Shown here: one piece after another, positions 1 to 14,222 of the stretch
Layout: each line of letters begins with the position of its first letter
Position numbering within the stretch: position 1 is the first letter of the stretch
Source of the DNA: Octopus sinensis
Taxonomy: Eukaryota
Assembly (NCBI RefSeq): GCF_006345805.1
Contig: NC_043007.1
Coordinates: 55,738,001-55,802,000 of the forward strand
DNA: 64,000 nt
Direction: 5' to 3'
Program-made: the position numbers and the translations under genes
The notes under the pieces: generated by a model
Seen by the model: only the letters and a program-made list of their open reading frames with translations
Database searches by the model: none
Told to the model about the DNA's origin: nothing

Positions 1-80
1 TGCAGACGTAAACACATCAATACCAGTTGTCAAATGGCAGAGGGTGGCAGGACAAACATAGACAAAAGGCACACACACAA
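1..80 (-). mobile_element. 3' half fragment of tRNA-derived SINE, truncated by window start
   Basis: gacgtaaacacatcaataccagttgtcaa...ggacaaaca matches the internal segment of the SINE copies at 28968-29180 and 60571-60976. Confidence 0.6.
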
Positions 81-99
81 ACATTTTTTATTTCCTTAA

Positions 100-2235
100 A
101 CTATAATTTAAAGAAATTAAAGATGAATTAAAAAGATGAAACTTATTCATATATTGAAACCACTATATATCTAATCATATATCCAACAACTATCAAGTTC
201 ATGTTTGAGTGGCTGAACATTAAAGAAACCAGTATGAATGAACACGACACTCTCTCAAAAATTCGGAGTGTAATAAAAACCTGAAAATAATTTGCAAAAT
301 CTGCCTTGCACTTAAAGATATAATTTCAGCTAATGATGTTGGCATTACAAATCTCTACCACCTGTTCTATGCATCCGCGAAAATCTCAACAATTCTATGT
401 GGTGAAAATATTAGAAAACGACAACATTCCCACAAAAAGCCTTCTTGACAAGAGCGTATTCAACACCAAATTCAGCTACGTAGGTCTGACATAGAATGTT
501 TAAAATTCCTTAAGTTTGATAAGACTATCAAACCAACAAAACCCCAAAATTAAAGAAAAAATATAATATGAAAGCCATATTTGACATCGATACCATCATA
601 GAAACCACTAAGCAAAAGGTATGTGCTAAAGCTGTCCGTATAGCAAGGTATGAAAAGCGTGTTAGATTCTTCAAGGACAACAACATCTCTATTACTATCA
701 ACACCACCACCGCATACGTCACCAGTACCTCGGCTACCGTTATCATCATCATCAACTGAATCATCATTCTATCAACACTACCACCATAAAATAACCCAAA
801 AATGTTTTACAGAAAGATAAGGAAAACACAAGCTACAGTAAAGTCTGTCCTATCAAAAGAAGTGCAGGAATTTTGGAATAAAATTTTGGCAGAAGATAAA
901 ACACAATGAAAAGGCCCCTTGGATTCATAAAATATCTGCAGACTTAGACTCATTAGAAGAGCAAAAGTGGGAGGGTATCAAGAGCAAAAGCGGGAGGGTA
1001 GAGGATGTGAGATCTGCTCTCAGGAAGTCAAGCAAATGGAAGTCTCTAGGAAAGGATAACATTCCTAACTTCTGGTTGAATGCCTTCTCAGAGAACCATG
1101 AACTGCCAACAAAATTTACAACAATGTTTTGCAACGACCTAGTATGATTCCCTCTTGGCTAGTTAATGGTGTAACATTCCTACTTCCAAAAAATGAAGAA
1201 ACAAATGAACCAAAAAAATTATAGACCCATAACCTGCTTAACAATAATGAATAAAATGCTCACATCTGTCTTGACTAAATATATCTATAGCTTTTTTAAT
1301 AGAAAGTGGCATATTCCCTAATAAGTAAAAAGGATGTAAATGTGGGTCCTATGGTTGTAAAGATCAGCTCCTCATCAATAAAATGATGTGTAGCTAATTT
1401 TACAAACGGCACAAAAACTTGTCGATAGCCTGGATAGACTATAAAAAAGCTTTTGATAGCCTACCACATAGCTGGATTAATAAATGTCTGGAAATGTATG
1501 AAATAGCACCTACTCTGCAAAACTTCTTGTCTGTAAGTATGAGATCATGGAGAACCACACTAACTTTGAACAGTGACAACGAATCTCTTCATGTTGGAGA
1601 TGTAAGAATTTCATGTGACATTTTCCAGGGTGACTCTCTATCACCACTCCTCTTTTGTCTAGCCTCTATACCTCTCTCGAAATTGCTCAATGATGTACAA
1701 TACGGTTATAAAATGTTTGATAAAAATATAAATCATCTCATTTACATGGATGATTTAAAGCTCTGCAAAAAATGACCAACTAGCAATTGTTAAACATTTC
1801 AGTGATGACATCGATAGAGCAGCACGATATATTCACTGGGTAATTTGCAAAAACCTGAAAATGATCACATCTCACTCCTCTGGAACTTCACCATTCAAAC
1901 TGACAGAAAGATAGATGCCAATAGGCCAGACATTATATTGAAAGACGTCAAACAAAAATGATACCTCCGCATTGATATGACTGTCCCAATCGATATAAAT
2001 GTATCTTCCAAGACCTACCAAAAACTGAGGAAGTATAAAGATCTTGAAATAGAAACTGGCAAAATATTGAACCTCTAGACTAAAACAATACCTGTTGTCA
2101 TAGGTCCTAGGAATGATTGCAAAAGGGGCTGATTGCTACCGAGCTTAGATACCAGGAGACCCCTAAATGGCAGAAATTTAAGATAGTACTTGTACAAATA
2201 CAAAACAAAAGTCAAACATATAATAATAATAATGA
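100..2235 (+). mobile_element. Degraded R4/Dong-like non-LTR retrotransposon (RT + restriction-like endonuclease), multiple internal deletions
   Basis: ORF 1419-1775 carries RT motifs IAWIDYKKAFDSLPHSW, IFQGDSLSPLLF, HLIYMDDLKL; 1860-2110 translates to RLE motif LWNFTIQTDRKIDANRPDIILKD..IDMTVP; 3' end aaaagtcaaacata+(TAA)n is the same as the copy at 61953-63750. Confidence 0.9.
682..787 (-). repeat. 106-bp inverted copy of 2861-2966, inserted in the Dong ORF
   Basis: Reverse complement of 682-787 equals 2861-2966 except 3 mismatches; the ORF track shows the same peptide (MMMITVAEVLVTYAVVVLIVIEM) at 528-767(-) and 2881-3093(+). Confidence 0.95.
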
Positions 2236-3999
2236 TGAGGTGGATTTCTCGCACGGGCACAAGACTACGTATTTCATGGGAGAACATAGACGACTGTTAA
2301 TCTAGTAATTCATTGGTATTTATTTTGTGAATCTTGTACAGATGAAAGGTAAAATCGTCCTTGACTTCATTTTTAACATTGACATAAGGCTAGGAAATTT
2401 AGAGTATGTGAAAACTTTGATTCATCGATGTCGGAAGAATTAAAGGCAAAATCGATCTCAGCGAGGCTACAATCAAGAACATTAAATGTTGGAATCTAAA
2501 TATCTCATTTCGTCCAACATTCTCTTTATTATTCCCTGAAAACAAAATACAATATTTGAATTCTAATTAAGAACTGTCACATCATTGCAAGTTTTATTTT
2601 TCAATTGTTTTTGAGAATGTCATTTTTAAATAATTTAAGTGTAAATCAATATAGAAATCGGAAATTTCTAGAACGGTAAACATATTTTTCGAAAAATAAA
2701 CAAATATAAAAAATTATATATATATTTTAATGACGAATTAATAACTGTTCCAAATCATATCTCAATCAAGGGAATAGTTGTTAATGAATAGCAACTTCAG
2801 TGCAATTAGTCAATGACAATGTGTATAACATTGATTATATTTAATGAATACTGACTGAAAATGGTGGTAGTGTTGATAGAATGGTAATTCTGTTGATGAT
2901 GATGATAACGGTAGCCGAGGTACTGGTGACGTATGCGGTGGTGGTGTTGATAGTAATAGAGATGTTTTTTGTTGTCTTCAATTATGATGGCAGATCTGTA
3001 GGCAGTTATTTAAATTATCAGCAACTGTCGAGCAGTGTTATGATCAAAAAATGTTCCAACGGTGACTATCTTATGACTTTTGTATATCCATGAGTGTATT
3101 ATGCAATATGGTTTTGCTTAAGAAACAGCTGGGTGCGATTTAAGAAGGATTCAGCTGTTTCTGTCGTGTCGCGTGACACCGAAGAGGTTCCTTTGTTGCT
3201 TTATTGTCATATTGTTTACGCGGTAGTGTTTTGAAATGGTAGTGACTTCTAGTGTTAGAATAGTGTTATATTATGAGATGGTGTTGAAGGCAATGGTTTT
3301 GGTAGAGGTGTGGATGTTGTTAGCAACATCTTGTGGTGATGGTAATCAGAGTATAGTATGCAGGGTGTTGAGAAGCTTTTCCGGCTTTATGATGTTGTCT
3401 AGTATGAAATGATATTATGTATGGTGTAGTAATGTCAGCATAATGTAGTGACTAATATGTTGCGTCTAAAAACATAAAACAGTGGTTCCACAATGACGTT
3501 AGTAGTGAACAAGTGTTATTCTGATGATGGTTGTGATGGTAGTAATACTAATTATTGTTGTTTGCGTTGTAGACATACCACATTATATAGAACATAACAG
3601 AACGAATGAAGCATAGCCGTCATGACTCCGATATTCCCATTTTAACACTTGTTTTGTTTTCTGCTTCAATTTTACTGCTTCTCTCCTAGATCTCCCAACA
3701 AAACTGTTTATATCCATTCTTTTTTTCCGAAACTGAAATCTAACGTGAATGTAATGTGAAGAATACTCTGATAAACACGATTTGAAGATGTACAATTCTT
3801 CATTCTTTTTTTTTTATATCTGTATGATGTATAGAATCCAATCAAGCGAACTCAGTATTTTTATCTGCCGAATAAAGTAACGTATAATTGTTTACCTTAA
3901 GCAATTTTATATACCGCTAACTATTCGATGTGATTAGCCAGAGCCTGATAATAAAGTACGTATCTTGTTTTAAATATCAATTCATTTACGTTATGCGTA

Positions 4000-4151
<152 letters not shown>

Positions 4152-4154
4152 AAT

Positions 4155-4310
4155 CCTCCTAGTTTCCATCTGCCAAATTCACTCACCAGGCATTGGTTGT
4201 TTGTCCCAATCTATAGTAGAATACATTCGCCCAAGCTGCCATGCAATCTATTTGAACCCGAAACCGCGTGATTGCAAAGCGTGGGCTTCTTAACCACACA
4301 ACCATGCCTG
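4155..4310 (-). mobile_element. tRNA-derived SINE, head half
   Basis: Reverse complement resembles head ggcatggttgtgtggttaagaagc..ggttcaaat..gcttgggcgaatgtattctactatag of copies at 60381 and 60976. Confidence 0.7.
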
Positions 4311-4337
4311 ACCTCTCTGTCTGTCTGTCTGTTTGTG

Positions 4338-4384
<47 letters not shown>

Positions 4385-7204
4385 GTTTCAAGGTTGAGTA
4401 ATTAAATGTAGTTCAAAGATTCTGAAATTCGGAGCAACAGAGGAGGTAAATCTAGAAAAGATTCAATGGAAGGCGTAAAGAGGACGGTACATTCAGAATT
4501 GGTAAAATGCCAAATTTCAAGTTGGTTTCGAATTGGAGAAGATTACATATTGATAATGTTGTGAGAGGAATATATACAATAGTGTATGTTGGTGGCTTAC
4601 AATCTGAAAATGAAAGGTGAGACAAGGTAGAAAATAAAATATAAAAAAGTAAATAGTAACAGTAAATGAGAGGCAAGTTTCTAAGAAAATAGATTTGAAG
4701 ATATAAAAATCAATGAAAATATAGGCTTGATATCTGAGTTTTAGTGACGCTCAAAAGCTATACATAGAAGAACAGAAGACTCTTTAAATGCTTAAAGAGG
4801 CATAATAAGTGATAGGAGGAAGATGCGTTGCTTGAGAAAGGAAAATGTTATGGTAGTTCTATTAAGATGAAAGGGAGTATAAAACAGCGAAGAACAGTAT
4901 ATATAAGAGCAATGCAAAGAAATTAAAGAAAGAAAGAGTAGGGAAGAGAAATGGAAGAAAACAATTTAGAAAATAATGTTTAGAACGTGTTTTGAATAGC
5001 CACAACCTTAGTTTAGAGAATGAAGACGGTTGAAACCTGTTTAAAGCAGGACAAAAGAATATACAGTAAGAATGGCGAATTTTGATGTATTATAAAGATT
5101 GAAAAATAAGGATATATTATAAACATTAATAAGCGAGAATATATCGTAAATATTTATTGCTGTTTTACTAGCACTAGATTATTTCTGAAGAGAACTATTA
5201 TCTATGACGTTCCAGCCGTGACATGCCATCTTTTATTCAGACACAATGTATTTAATACTACATTATCCAATGTAACCTCCTTTCAGATAGCAAAGGGTTA
5301 TTTGAAGATTTGGGTGTTACTTTTAGCAGGTCGCACGACCATGTAAACACTTCTGCATATCACAAATTTGGGACATTGGAAAAGGTGATTATATCATTTC
5401 TTAGTACTTGACTGGTATCAGTCTTATCAACCTTCGAAATATATATTGTAAATATTGATAACAATTCTATGTTAACTTAGAAGACATATGGAAAAGTTGT
5501 ATAAATATCATTCATAGAATAAGATACTCCAAACTGATACCATGGATGGCTTGCATTGAGAGATTGATAACGAAATGTTTAGAGTGCCCAGTCAGTCGGC
5601 AATTTTTACTGTATTTGCTCAAAGTATTTGCTGAAGATATCTTTAGATATGACACAAAGATAAGATTCAGAAGACACGGAAATGTGATAGACATTATAAT
5701 CACCACTTTGAGTTCAAATAGAAGAAATACTCACCCATAGGACTGAAACTGCGTATCTGTTACTTGCCGGATGACTGTATTATTAATTACATTGAGATTT
5801 CCAATGTAATTACTAAGGTGGATGTCCAGCAAATGGTTCGACCCTTGTCAGTGGACGCGTTATCTTTTATGTTTCAGATCGGTGACTATAATGTTTAATA
5901 TTGCATTTCCGTCTGTTTTGAATCGTATCTCTGTGTAATTATCTGAAGATGTGCATTGCACATCCGTAGAGCAATTACGATAAAAGCTGCTTACTGACAT
6001 GCCACTTCAAATCTATAGCCATTCCATGTGCTTTAAACATTTCATTTTCATTCTATCTAATCAAATAATTTGCATTAAATTTCCATGATTAATTGTTAAT
6101 ACAAAAAGATGTATCAATTGGATGATCACAGATATAGATAGGACATGAAATTATGATATCATAAAATATCAAAATATACAGTATGTTACATATTATCACA
6201 TGATATAAGATCGTCATAGAAGGTATAATATTGATACGACCAAGGATTAAGATGGTGCCAGTTATCTATGATATTATGATTATTGACCAATATGCAACAT
6301 AATAACCATGTCATATTGTTATTTAGCTAAGATGGTGACCGATACAATGATATCAAAATTTATGATAATCACAGAAAATATATAATCAAATGAAACAGAA
6401 ATTCCTTTATAGTAGAGATTAGACATAATAGGATAAGATTAGTATTATTACTATCTTGACGAAAGCTTGCAAGTCAAAAATTTGAAGTCACTGTCAACTG
6501 TCTTCTTGTAACAGTGTAATATATATGTACGCAACAAAATGTATTAGTTTAACGTTAAATTGTTTTTATCATAACTCGATATAAAAAAAACCCATTACTA
6601 TATATATGAACATACATATTTTATACATACAATATTAAGTATTCAGGAGTGAATCAGATACATAAAAATGATAGGCACCAAGTTGGGGTGAATTAACTTG
6701 TAAACACCACCTTTAGTCGAATAAATAACATCCAGAGAAATATTCAGGTTATGCATACAGAGTATTTAACCCTTATGAGTATTTAACGCCTAGGGACTGC
6801 TCCAAAGCACGTTGTATTGGTCGCAAGGTTTTCGGTATACTCCAGGATGTCCGACAGGTCAGGAATCCCTTTTGGTGTATTATAAGCAAATAAATAAATA
6901 GTTAACAAACGATGGGCTGGAGTCTAGTTGTATTCTTACTGTGTCCATGGATTGCTCTTCTATTATTTGAAATTCTATGTGTTATCTGATGAATACAGTT
7001 TTCGCTATGATATAATGTACTTATTCATCTATTGAAAAATGCGTTAGAAACAATTAAAATGAACTCACATTTATCCATCGTTTGCTATTCATTTATTTGC
7101 TTATATGTATATATATATATATATTGATAAAAACCGTAAGACAACAAAATAGCTCTTTTGTCTTAATAACGGTCAATCACACAGTAATTTCCCTTTGTAT
7201 AACG

Positions 7205-7326
7205 GTCATTTTTCATACCATTTTTACGATGGCCGGATAACTGAAGAGATGGCGGCGTGGATTTCCACCTCGGCATCCGAAACTTGGTGTTTTATCATGG
7301 CTGCCGAATAATTGTCACATATTACA
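7205..7326 (+). repeat. Hammerhead-bearing repeat stub (family A), inverted partner at 9623-9745
   Basis: ggccggataa CTGAAGA gatgg...catcc GAAA cttggtgtt ttatcatggct; reverse complement found at 9623-9745. Confidence 0.8.
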
Positions 7327-7343
7327 TTTACAGATATATATAT

Positions 7344-7382
<39 letters not shown>

Positions 7383-7386
<4 letters not shown>

Positions 7387-8486
7387 GTAAAAAGTGAAAA
7401 ACTACAGAAGGCTTAAAGGTTAAAAAATATATATATTTGCGTCAATATGTCTGAAGAATATTAAAAAAATTTTTTCTTACAATGACATAGTTTAGAAGAA
7501 AGACCGGTTTCGCGTTTAGCTTTTCAAATTTCTTGCGACGTTATGTTTATCTTGAACAGAGTTATCTTTATGTTTATGTTTAAAAGAGTTCTAAATAAGG
7601 TGAGGTAATGAGTGATTTCTTCCGGTGTAAGGGAGATAATCGCTTAAAAATTAAAAAAAAAATTCTAAACACACCAAATCATTAAAAGCTACAAACAACC
7701 TAAATCACTTAAAAAGATTCTCACAAAGGCAAAATTGTTTTCTGAAATTACGGATGCAAAAGTAAAAAAATGTGGTAGATCGAACTGTGCAACATGTCCA
7801 AACCTGCTAGAAGGATCAGAATTCCTCTTTAAAGAGGGACAGAAATTCAAGATCAAGTCTAACTTTACTTGTGCCTCTGAAAACATAATTTATGTCATAA
7901 AATGCTCGGGCTGCCACCAAGACTACGTGGGATCCACGGGACTATCACTCAGACGTAGATGCACACTGCATCGACAACAGATTGCATTCCCAGAATACAG
8001 AATGATACCTTTTAGTGAGCACATTGAGAAATGCGCAATGCAACTACTACCACAATTTTTAATCTTTCCATTTTACCAATGTGCTATCGGATCATCAACA
8101 CAAATTAGACTAAACAAGGAAACATTCTTCATTGAAAAGTACAAGCCCAGACTTAACCATGCCAACATATTGATACAGAGAAATTCACACCAAGGGAAAG
8201 GAAAAAATTTTTTAAAATTTTTAAGCGATTATTTCCCTTACACCGGAAGAAATCACTCATTACCTCCCCTTATTTAGAACTCTTTTAAACATAAACATAA
8301 AGATAACTCTGTTCAAGATAAACATAACGTCGCAAGAAATTTGAAAAGCTAAACGCGAAACCGGTCTTTCTTCTAAACTATGTCATTGTAAGAAAAAATT
8401 TTTTTAATATTCTTCAGACATATTGACGCAAATATATATATATTTTTAACCTTTAAGCTTTCTGTAGTTTTTCACTTTTTACTATT
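7383..8486 (+). mobile_element. 5'-truncated Penelope-like element: GIY-YIG endonuclease flanked by inverted pseudo-LTRs (7383-7664 / 8206-8486)
   Basis: ORF 7735-8277: CGRSNCATC..FTCASENIIYVIKCSGCHQDYVGST..RRRCTLH..FLIFPFY..ETFFIEKYKPRLN (PLE GIY-YIG); about 280-bp near-perfect inverted repeats on both sides. Confidence 0.92.
8334..8372 (+). ncRNA. Minimal PLE-type hammerhead ribozyme, variant core (inverted copy 7496-7534)
   Basis: aagaaa t TTGAAAA gc-taaac-gc GAAA ccgg TC tttctt: stem I aagaaa/tttctt, 2-bp stem II, palindromic ACCGGT stem III, located in the pLTR. Confidence 0.6.
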
Positions 8487-8524
8487 TTCTATATATTCAA
8501 CCACGTGCTTTCACAAACCAACTT

Positions 8525-8927
<403 letters not shown>

Positions 8928-9057
8928 AATTGGTTGATTGCCCTTCTTTCGTTTGTCCACTCACTCATATATATAATAGAGAAATTATACAAAATGTATT
9001 AGTGGATTATTTATTATCCGTAGATTGCAGGAACTTCATAGTGGCGGCTGAGGTAAC

Positions 9058-9289
9058 AGTATTAATAAAATAGATGGAAAAAAATATTTTATTTAGTACG
9101 ACACATGTTTCGATCCGTTCTGGGTCTCTTCGGGTACATAAGTAAATATTAAAAAAGTCTGACTAGAGATTCGGTTTTACGTATCGTAAATGTCCGTCAA
9201 CTTTGTTTATGTAGCCGAAGAGACCCACAGCGGATCAAAACATGTGTCGTACTTAATTAGATCTTTTTTCCTTCTATTTTATTAATACT
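9058..9289. repeat. Inverted repeat (arms about 9058-9141 / 9206-9289), each arm with a hammerhead-like motif (family C)
   Basis: attaataaaatag..gtacgacacatgtttcgatccgttctgggtctcttcgggtacataa versus ttatgtagccgaagagaccc..ggatcaaaacatgtgtcgtac..ctattttattaat. Confidence 0.85.
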
Positions 9290-9301
9290 ATATATGTGTG
9301 T

Positions 9302-9341
<40 letters not shown>

Positions 9342-9562
9342 TGTGTGTGTGTGTGTTTGATTTCATGTCCAGTTATGATAATAACAATATGCCATCATAC
9401 CGTTTGAAAAATACATATTTATTATGAGATGACAGTGACTTCGAAATTTTGCCTAATACTCTATGATAGACTATTTAAGGAAAGCTAACAGGCTGAAACT
9501 TCCAAGTCCCTTTTAATCATTCGTGTAAATTTATTATTAAGATCTCTCTTTCTCTATCTCTC

Positions 9563-9603
<41 letters not shown>

Positions 9604-9646
9604 ATATATATATATATATAACTGTAATATGTGACATTTTTTCGGT

Positions 9647-9718
9647 AGCCATGATAAAACTCCGAGTTTCGGATTCCGGGTTTGAAATCCACGCCACCAT
9701 CTCTTCAGTTATCCGGCC
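9647..9718 (-). ncRNA. Type I hammerhead ribozyme candidate (family A)
   Basis: Minus strand: ggccggataa CTGAAGA gatggtggcgt ggatt..aatcc GAAA CTC-G-GAG TT ttatcatggct; stem I gataa/ttatc plus ggcc/ggct. Confidence 0.6.
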
Positions 9719-9757
9719 ATCGGAAAAAATGCTATGAAAATGACTCCATATATATAC

Positions 9758-9843
<86 letters not shown>

Positions 9844-10218
9844 CTGTGTGTGTCTGTATATATATTATTATTATTAAAAATTTGAGATTTTACCAATAGG
9901 ACCATAACTTCAATTTCAGGATAACCTTATTTACTGGAGTACAACATAGAAAATTATATCCAAAATACTAATCTAATAATATAAGCATTTTAAATCCTAC
10001 TATTATATACAATAAGAATAAAGTACTTTAGAATTAATTATAAATTATTTAAACATGTTTAAAAATATATATATATACCTTACCTTTTATTAGTCTATGG
10101 GGAAATAAGATAATATTAGTCAACGCTACACGTGTTTCAGCTCTGGTGGTTTGTTTTACCAGTCTATACCTAATACATAAATCCACAAATGCGTCCTCAG
10201 GCTATTTTCCTATTATTA

Positions 10219-10277
<59 letters not shown>

Positions 10278-10320
10278 GGATTCAACTTAATTCTAAGATG
10301 TCTTCATTAAATTACGAATA

Positions 10321-10391
<71 letters not shown>

Positions 10392-10667
10392 CATACTAAA
10401 TATTTTTTACAAAATTTAAAAGATTTTAAAAACTAGAAAATTATAACATTTTAAAAATTCCTAAAAATTTTACGTAAGTAAAATTACGTAATGTGTTAAT
10501 AGTGTATGCGAATAATCCATAATTTTTTTACTTTTTCTTTTGTCTTGCTCGATTACGTTTTGGTTGTTTTGCTAAATTTTTCTTGAGAACATTTCTTTGT
10601 GGTAAGACCATAGCGGATATATTTCAAGCATAAGGGTGTCCACATAGTGGTTTCCCTCTAATATGTA

Positions 10668-11074
<407 letters not shown>

Positions 11075-11228
11075 CCTAAAATATAGACCACTGGTCGCAT
11101 AGAATGCTACCGTGTCATGCAACAAAGGAGCTTAACGTAAAAAGTATTAAGAGCTCTGACTAATATGGTAATTTTGCCGCGCATCCAGCACTTACATTAT
11201 CTACACGACACACACACTCACACATACG

Positions 11229-11275
<47 letters not shown>

Positions 11276-11289
11276 CTCTTTTAGGTAGT

Positions 11290-12540
11290 GTGTTTATTTG
11301 TTTTGTCAAAATTTTAATGGATAAGTTTAAAACTCATTTGTCTCGTACTTCGATTTCTGTCCGACCTAAAAACTATTCCTTCTTTCTTCAGTTTCGGTTA
11401 GGTAGATTGTTCTATTTCTATATTCACTGTCATAATCAACAGAATTATTTTGCCTGTCGTAATTATTTACGAAATTTGCTTTTTCTGTATATATTTTTGA
11501 CATGTTTTCTTTCATAATAATTTTCTAATGTGTTTCTTCTGCAATTGTATTTTCCATATTGTAAAACCTTACTAGACCTAGTAGTATATGTTTCTCCTCT
11601 GGACAATAGTCGGTGTTTTATTCGTTGAGTTACATGCAACTCTGTATCGTGATTTGTTTCCGTTAAATTCGTACTCAGATCGCTTTCTATTAGATTCAGT
11701 ATTCAACGATCGTTCTATTCTGAATTTTTAACGCTTGATTTACTTTGCGTTTGTTTTACACGGCTTCTGTCTAACTTAATTTTAATTTATTTGTCTTGTT
11801 TTTAATGAAAAGATTTTTCGAAAAATATTCTTTAAGTAATTCTTTGTGACTTTTCTCCCATCGTTGGAGAGAAATAACTTCCTCATTTTCACATTTTTCT
11901 TTCTATAGTTTATAAATGTTTTCAAATGTTCCTTTCACTTTTTGTTTTAGATAATTCTATATATATTTATTCAACAATTGTCATATATTTTTCTTAATCA
12001 TAATTCTTCATCCACTCTAAAGTTATCTAAAAATATCTTTTCTCGGAATTGTCATTGTTGTTCTGATATTCTAGTTTACTAGTTTGACTTGGAATTTTCT
12101 TGGTAGAATTATTGGCGTTGATTCATCTATCTATTCATCTATCTTTCTGATACATCTATCATCTTTATTGGTGTTCTTAATCTCATCTCAAAACATAAAT
12201 TTACGTGCATGAAGGTCTTTGTTTCAGATGTGGCCAATGCGGCTTTTAATCAAGATTGTTGACCGAGGAATGTCTCTTAGGTGGGCTGTTTGTGTGTTTT
12301 GTTGATTAATAATTACACATTCTAGAGTTATACAAATTGTTTCTATATCTGACTCAGTTAATGTAGGAATAAATACTAGGAATCTAATCTTTTACCATCT
12401 TTATTAACGTCTCTTGCAAAGCAATGTAGATTATCAACTTTTTCTGCTAACATCGATTATTTGGTACCTACTTCCTTCAGTTCAAATGAAAAACCACTGT
12501 TCGTAGCTTTTTAAGTTTTGTCTGCTTTGGGCGACATTTT
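11290..12540 (-). mobile_element. Possible highly decayed APE-type LINE ORF2 remnant
   Basis: Scattered endonuclease-like peptides on minus strand (ETICITLECVIINQ.., KNTNKDDRCIRKIDE); many stops, weak. Confidence 0.25.
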
Positions 12541-12898
12541 CTTTCATTCGTGTGATAATAGAGAAAATGTTTAAAATATGGAAATAAGGAGGAAAATATT
12601 GTAAAATTGTAATAAAAAGAAGAGCATTTTCCCTTTTACATTACAGTTAATTAATTCTAAAGTATATTATTACAGTTAAATCATTTCAAAATACAATAAA
12701 ATACATTAAAGAGCAGATTATCACAACCAAATTATTTCAAAAGACATTACATATGCCAAAATATCATATCATATCCAAAATACATTACTACAAGCCAATT
12801 ATTTCAAAATACATTAAACATCTGAAGCTTATAGTTACATAATTAACAGATAAAACATAATAGGCACACACACACACCTCCTCACATACATACATACT

Positions 12899-12959
<61 letters not shown>

Positions 12960-13299
12960 ATTGGACATAATAATGGAAACCGCTTGCTAAATCGAATCTT
13001 TCTTATTTAATACGAAATTGGTCCAACTTAGGCACCAACTAAAGCTTTAATATTTCGACGAATTCCGTCCTACCTCTTCTGAACGGTTGTTATCGAAATT
13101 TTCGGCCATGATTCAAGCAAAACCTGCTTCAAATCTTTCAGAGACGATTGCGGAGGGAAGCAACTTCTTATTTGTTGCTTCGAAATATACTATAAATGTT
13201 TGATTTTATTTATATTCGGTAGGGCCAAAACCTCAGATTTGGGTTCTACGCTCTAATATTAAATAACATTTGCCGTGTGAATCTGCGCGTTATCGGCCT

Positions 13300-13980
13300 G
13301 GAAAATTGGGGTGCCATCAGGGAACATTAGTTGTTACACAGGCCCGTTTTGCTATTTGTATAACTCTCAATACCAAAATTTGGTATAAGGCCATCCAAGA
13401 TTTTCCAGATGTATGTTGCTGCATATCTTTCCCGCTTTCATTCTAGGGAGAAGAGTCTTAACTCTTTCCGCCTTTTCCAGTAGCTAATACGTTGCGTTGA
13501 GACGATTTTCTTTGTGTGGCTTCGTTGGATTGCTTCGAGTTCCGCTGGTTGTTTTATACTGTGTCGTTAGCATAGTTGGGAGCAGTAGTCCAAGCGGCTG
13601 AGGACATATGGCCTCTAAAGGACCAGCATAGTTTCTGTTTCTCTCATTCTGAAAGTTCGGAGGATCCATCCAACTAGCCGTTTGCTCGTGTTACATCTTC
13701 TTTAGTATCGATTTTCGCCGCCTCTTTGGTCACAAGTAAAGTGGCAAAACCTTCTGCCGGTTTGTTCACTTGCCAGTGTCCCAGAGGGGTAGTGAAGTCA
13801 CTTTGGAACTGTTCGGTTAGTAGTTACTATTGAGGTGTTTCATCAGGCAGTTCACAATCTTTGACCGTCGTCTCATAAGAATTTTCCTCTCCCTAGGGAT
13901 CTTGTTTTTGTGTATGTTGGCCTTGTGCTCAGGGACAGATCTGTCGCATATAGTTTGCATTATGAACATGAAATGTATGT
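13300..13980 (-). mobile_element. Decayed, internally deleted copy of the CR1-group LINE at 49971-53485
   Basis: 13484-13669 peptide PQPLGLLLPTMLTTQYKT..KENRLNA matches 50231-50740; 13845-13960 matches 51990-52130. Confidence 0.85.
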
Positions 13981-14030
13981 ATGTATATATATGTGTGTTT
14001 GTATATATATATATATATGTATGTATATAT

Positions 14031-14172
14031 CACTTTGATCACTTTGACCGACCAGTCCGTCAGGCGTCCATTTGACACCGCTGGTCACAGCACGCTGTCC
14101 ACTCCTCTCTGGATCGCGCCTTTCTCATCCACATGATCCCAATCGTCCTCTTGAAATCGTCACTCCACCGTC
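14031..14172 (-). mobile_element. RTE-type LINE extreme 3' end stub
   Basis: Minus strand encodes RWSDDFKRTIGIMWMRKARSREEWTACCDQRCQMDA* followed by a short UTR and (caaagtgat) tail repeats. Confidence 0.65.
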
Positions 14173-14187
14173 GTATGTATATATATG

Positions 14188-14222
<35 letters not shown>

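Noticed and set aside
5500-6050. Possible further RLE retroelement remnant on the minus strand
   Set aside because: Only isolated 4-6 residue resemblances; not separable from chance
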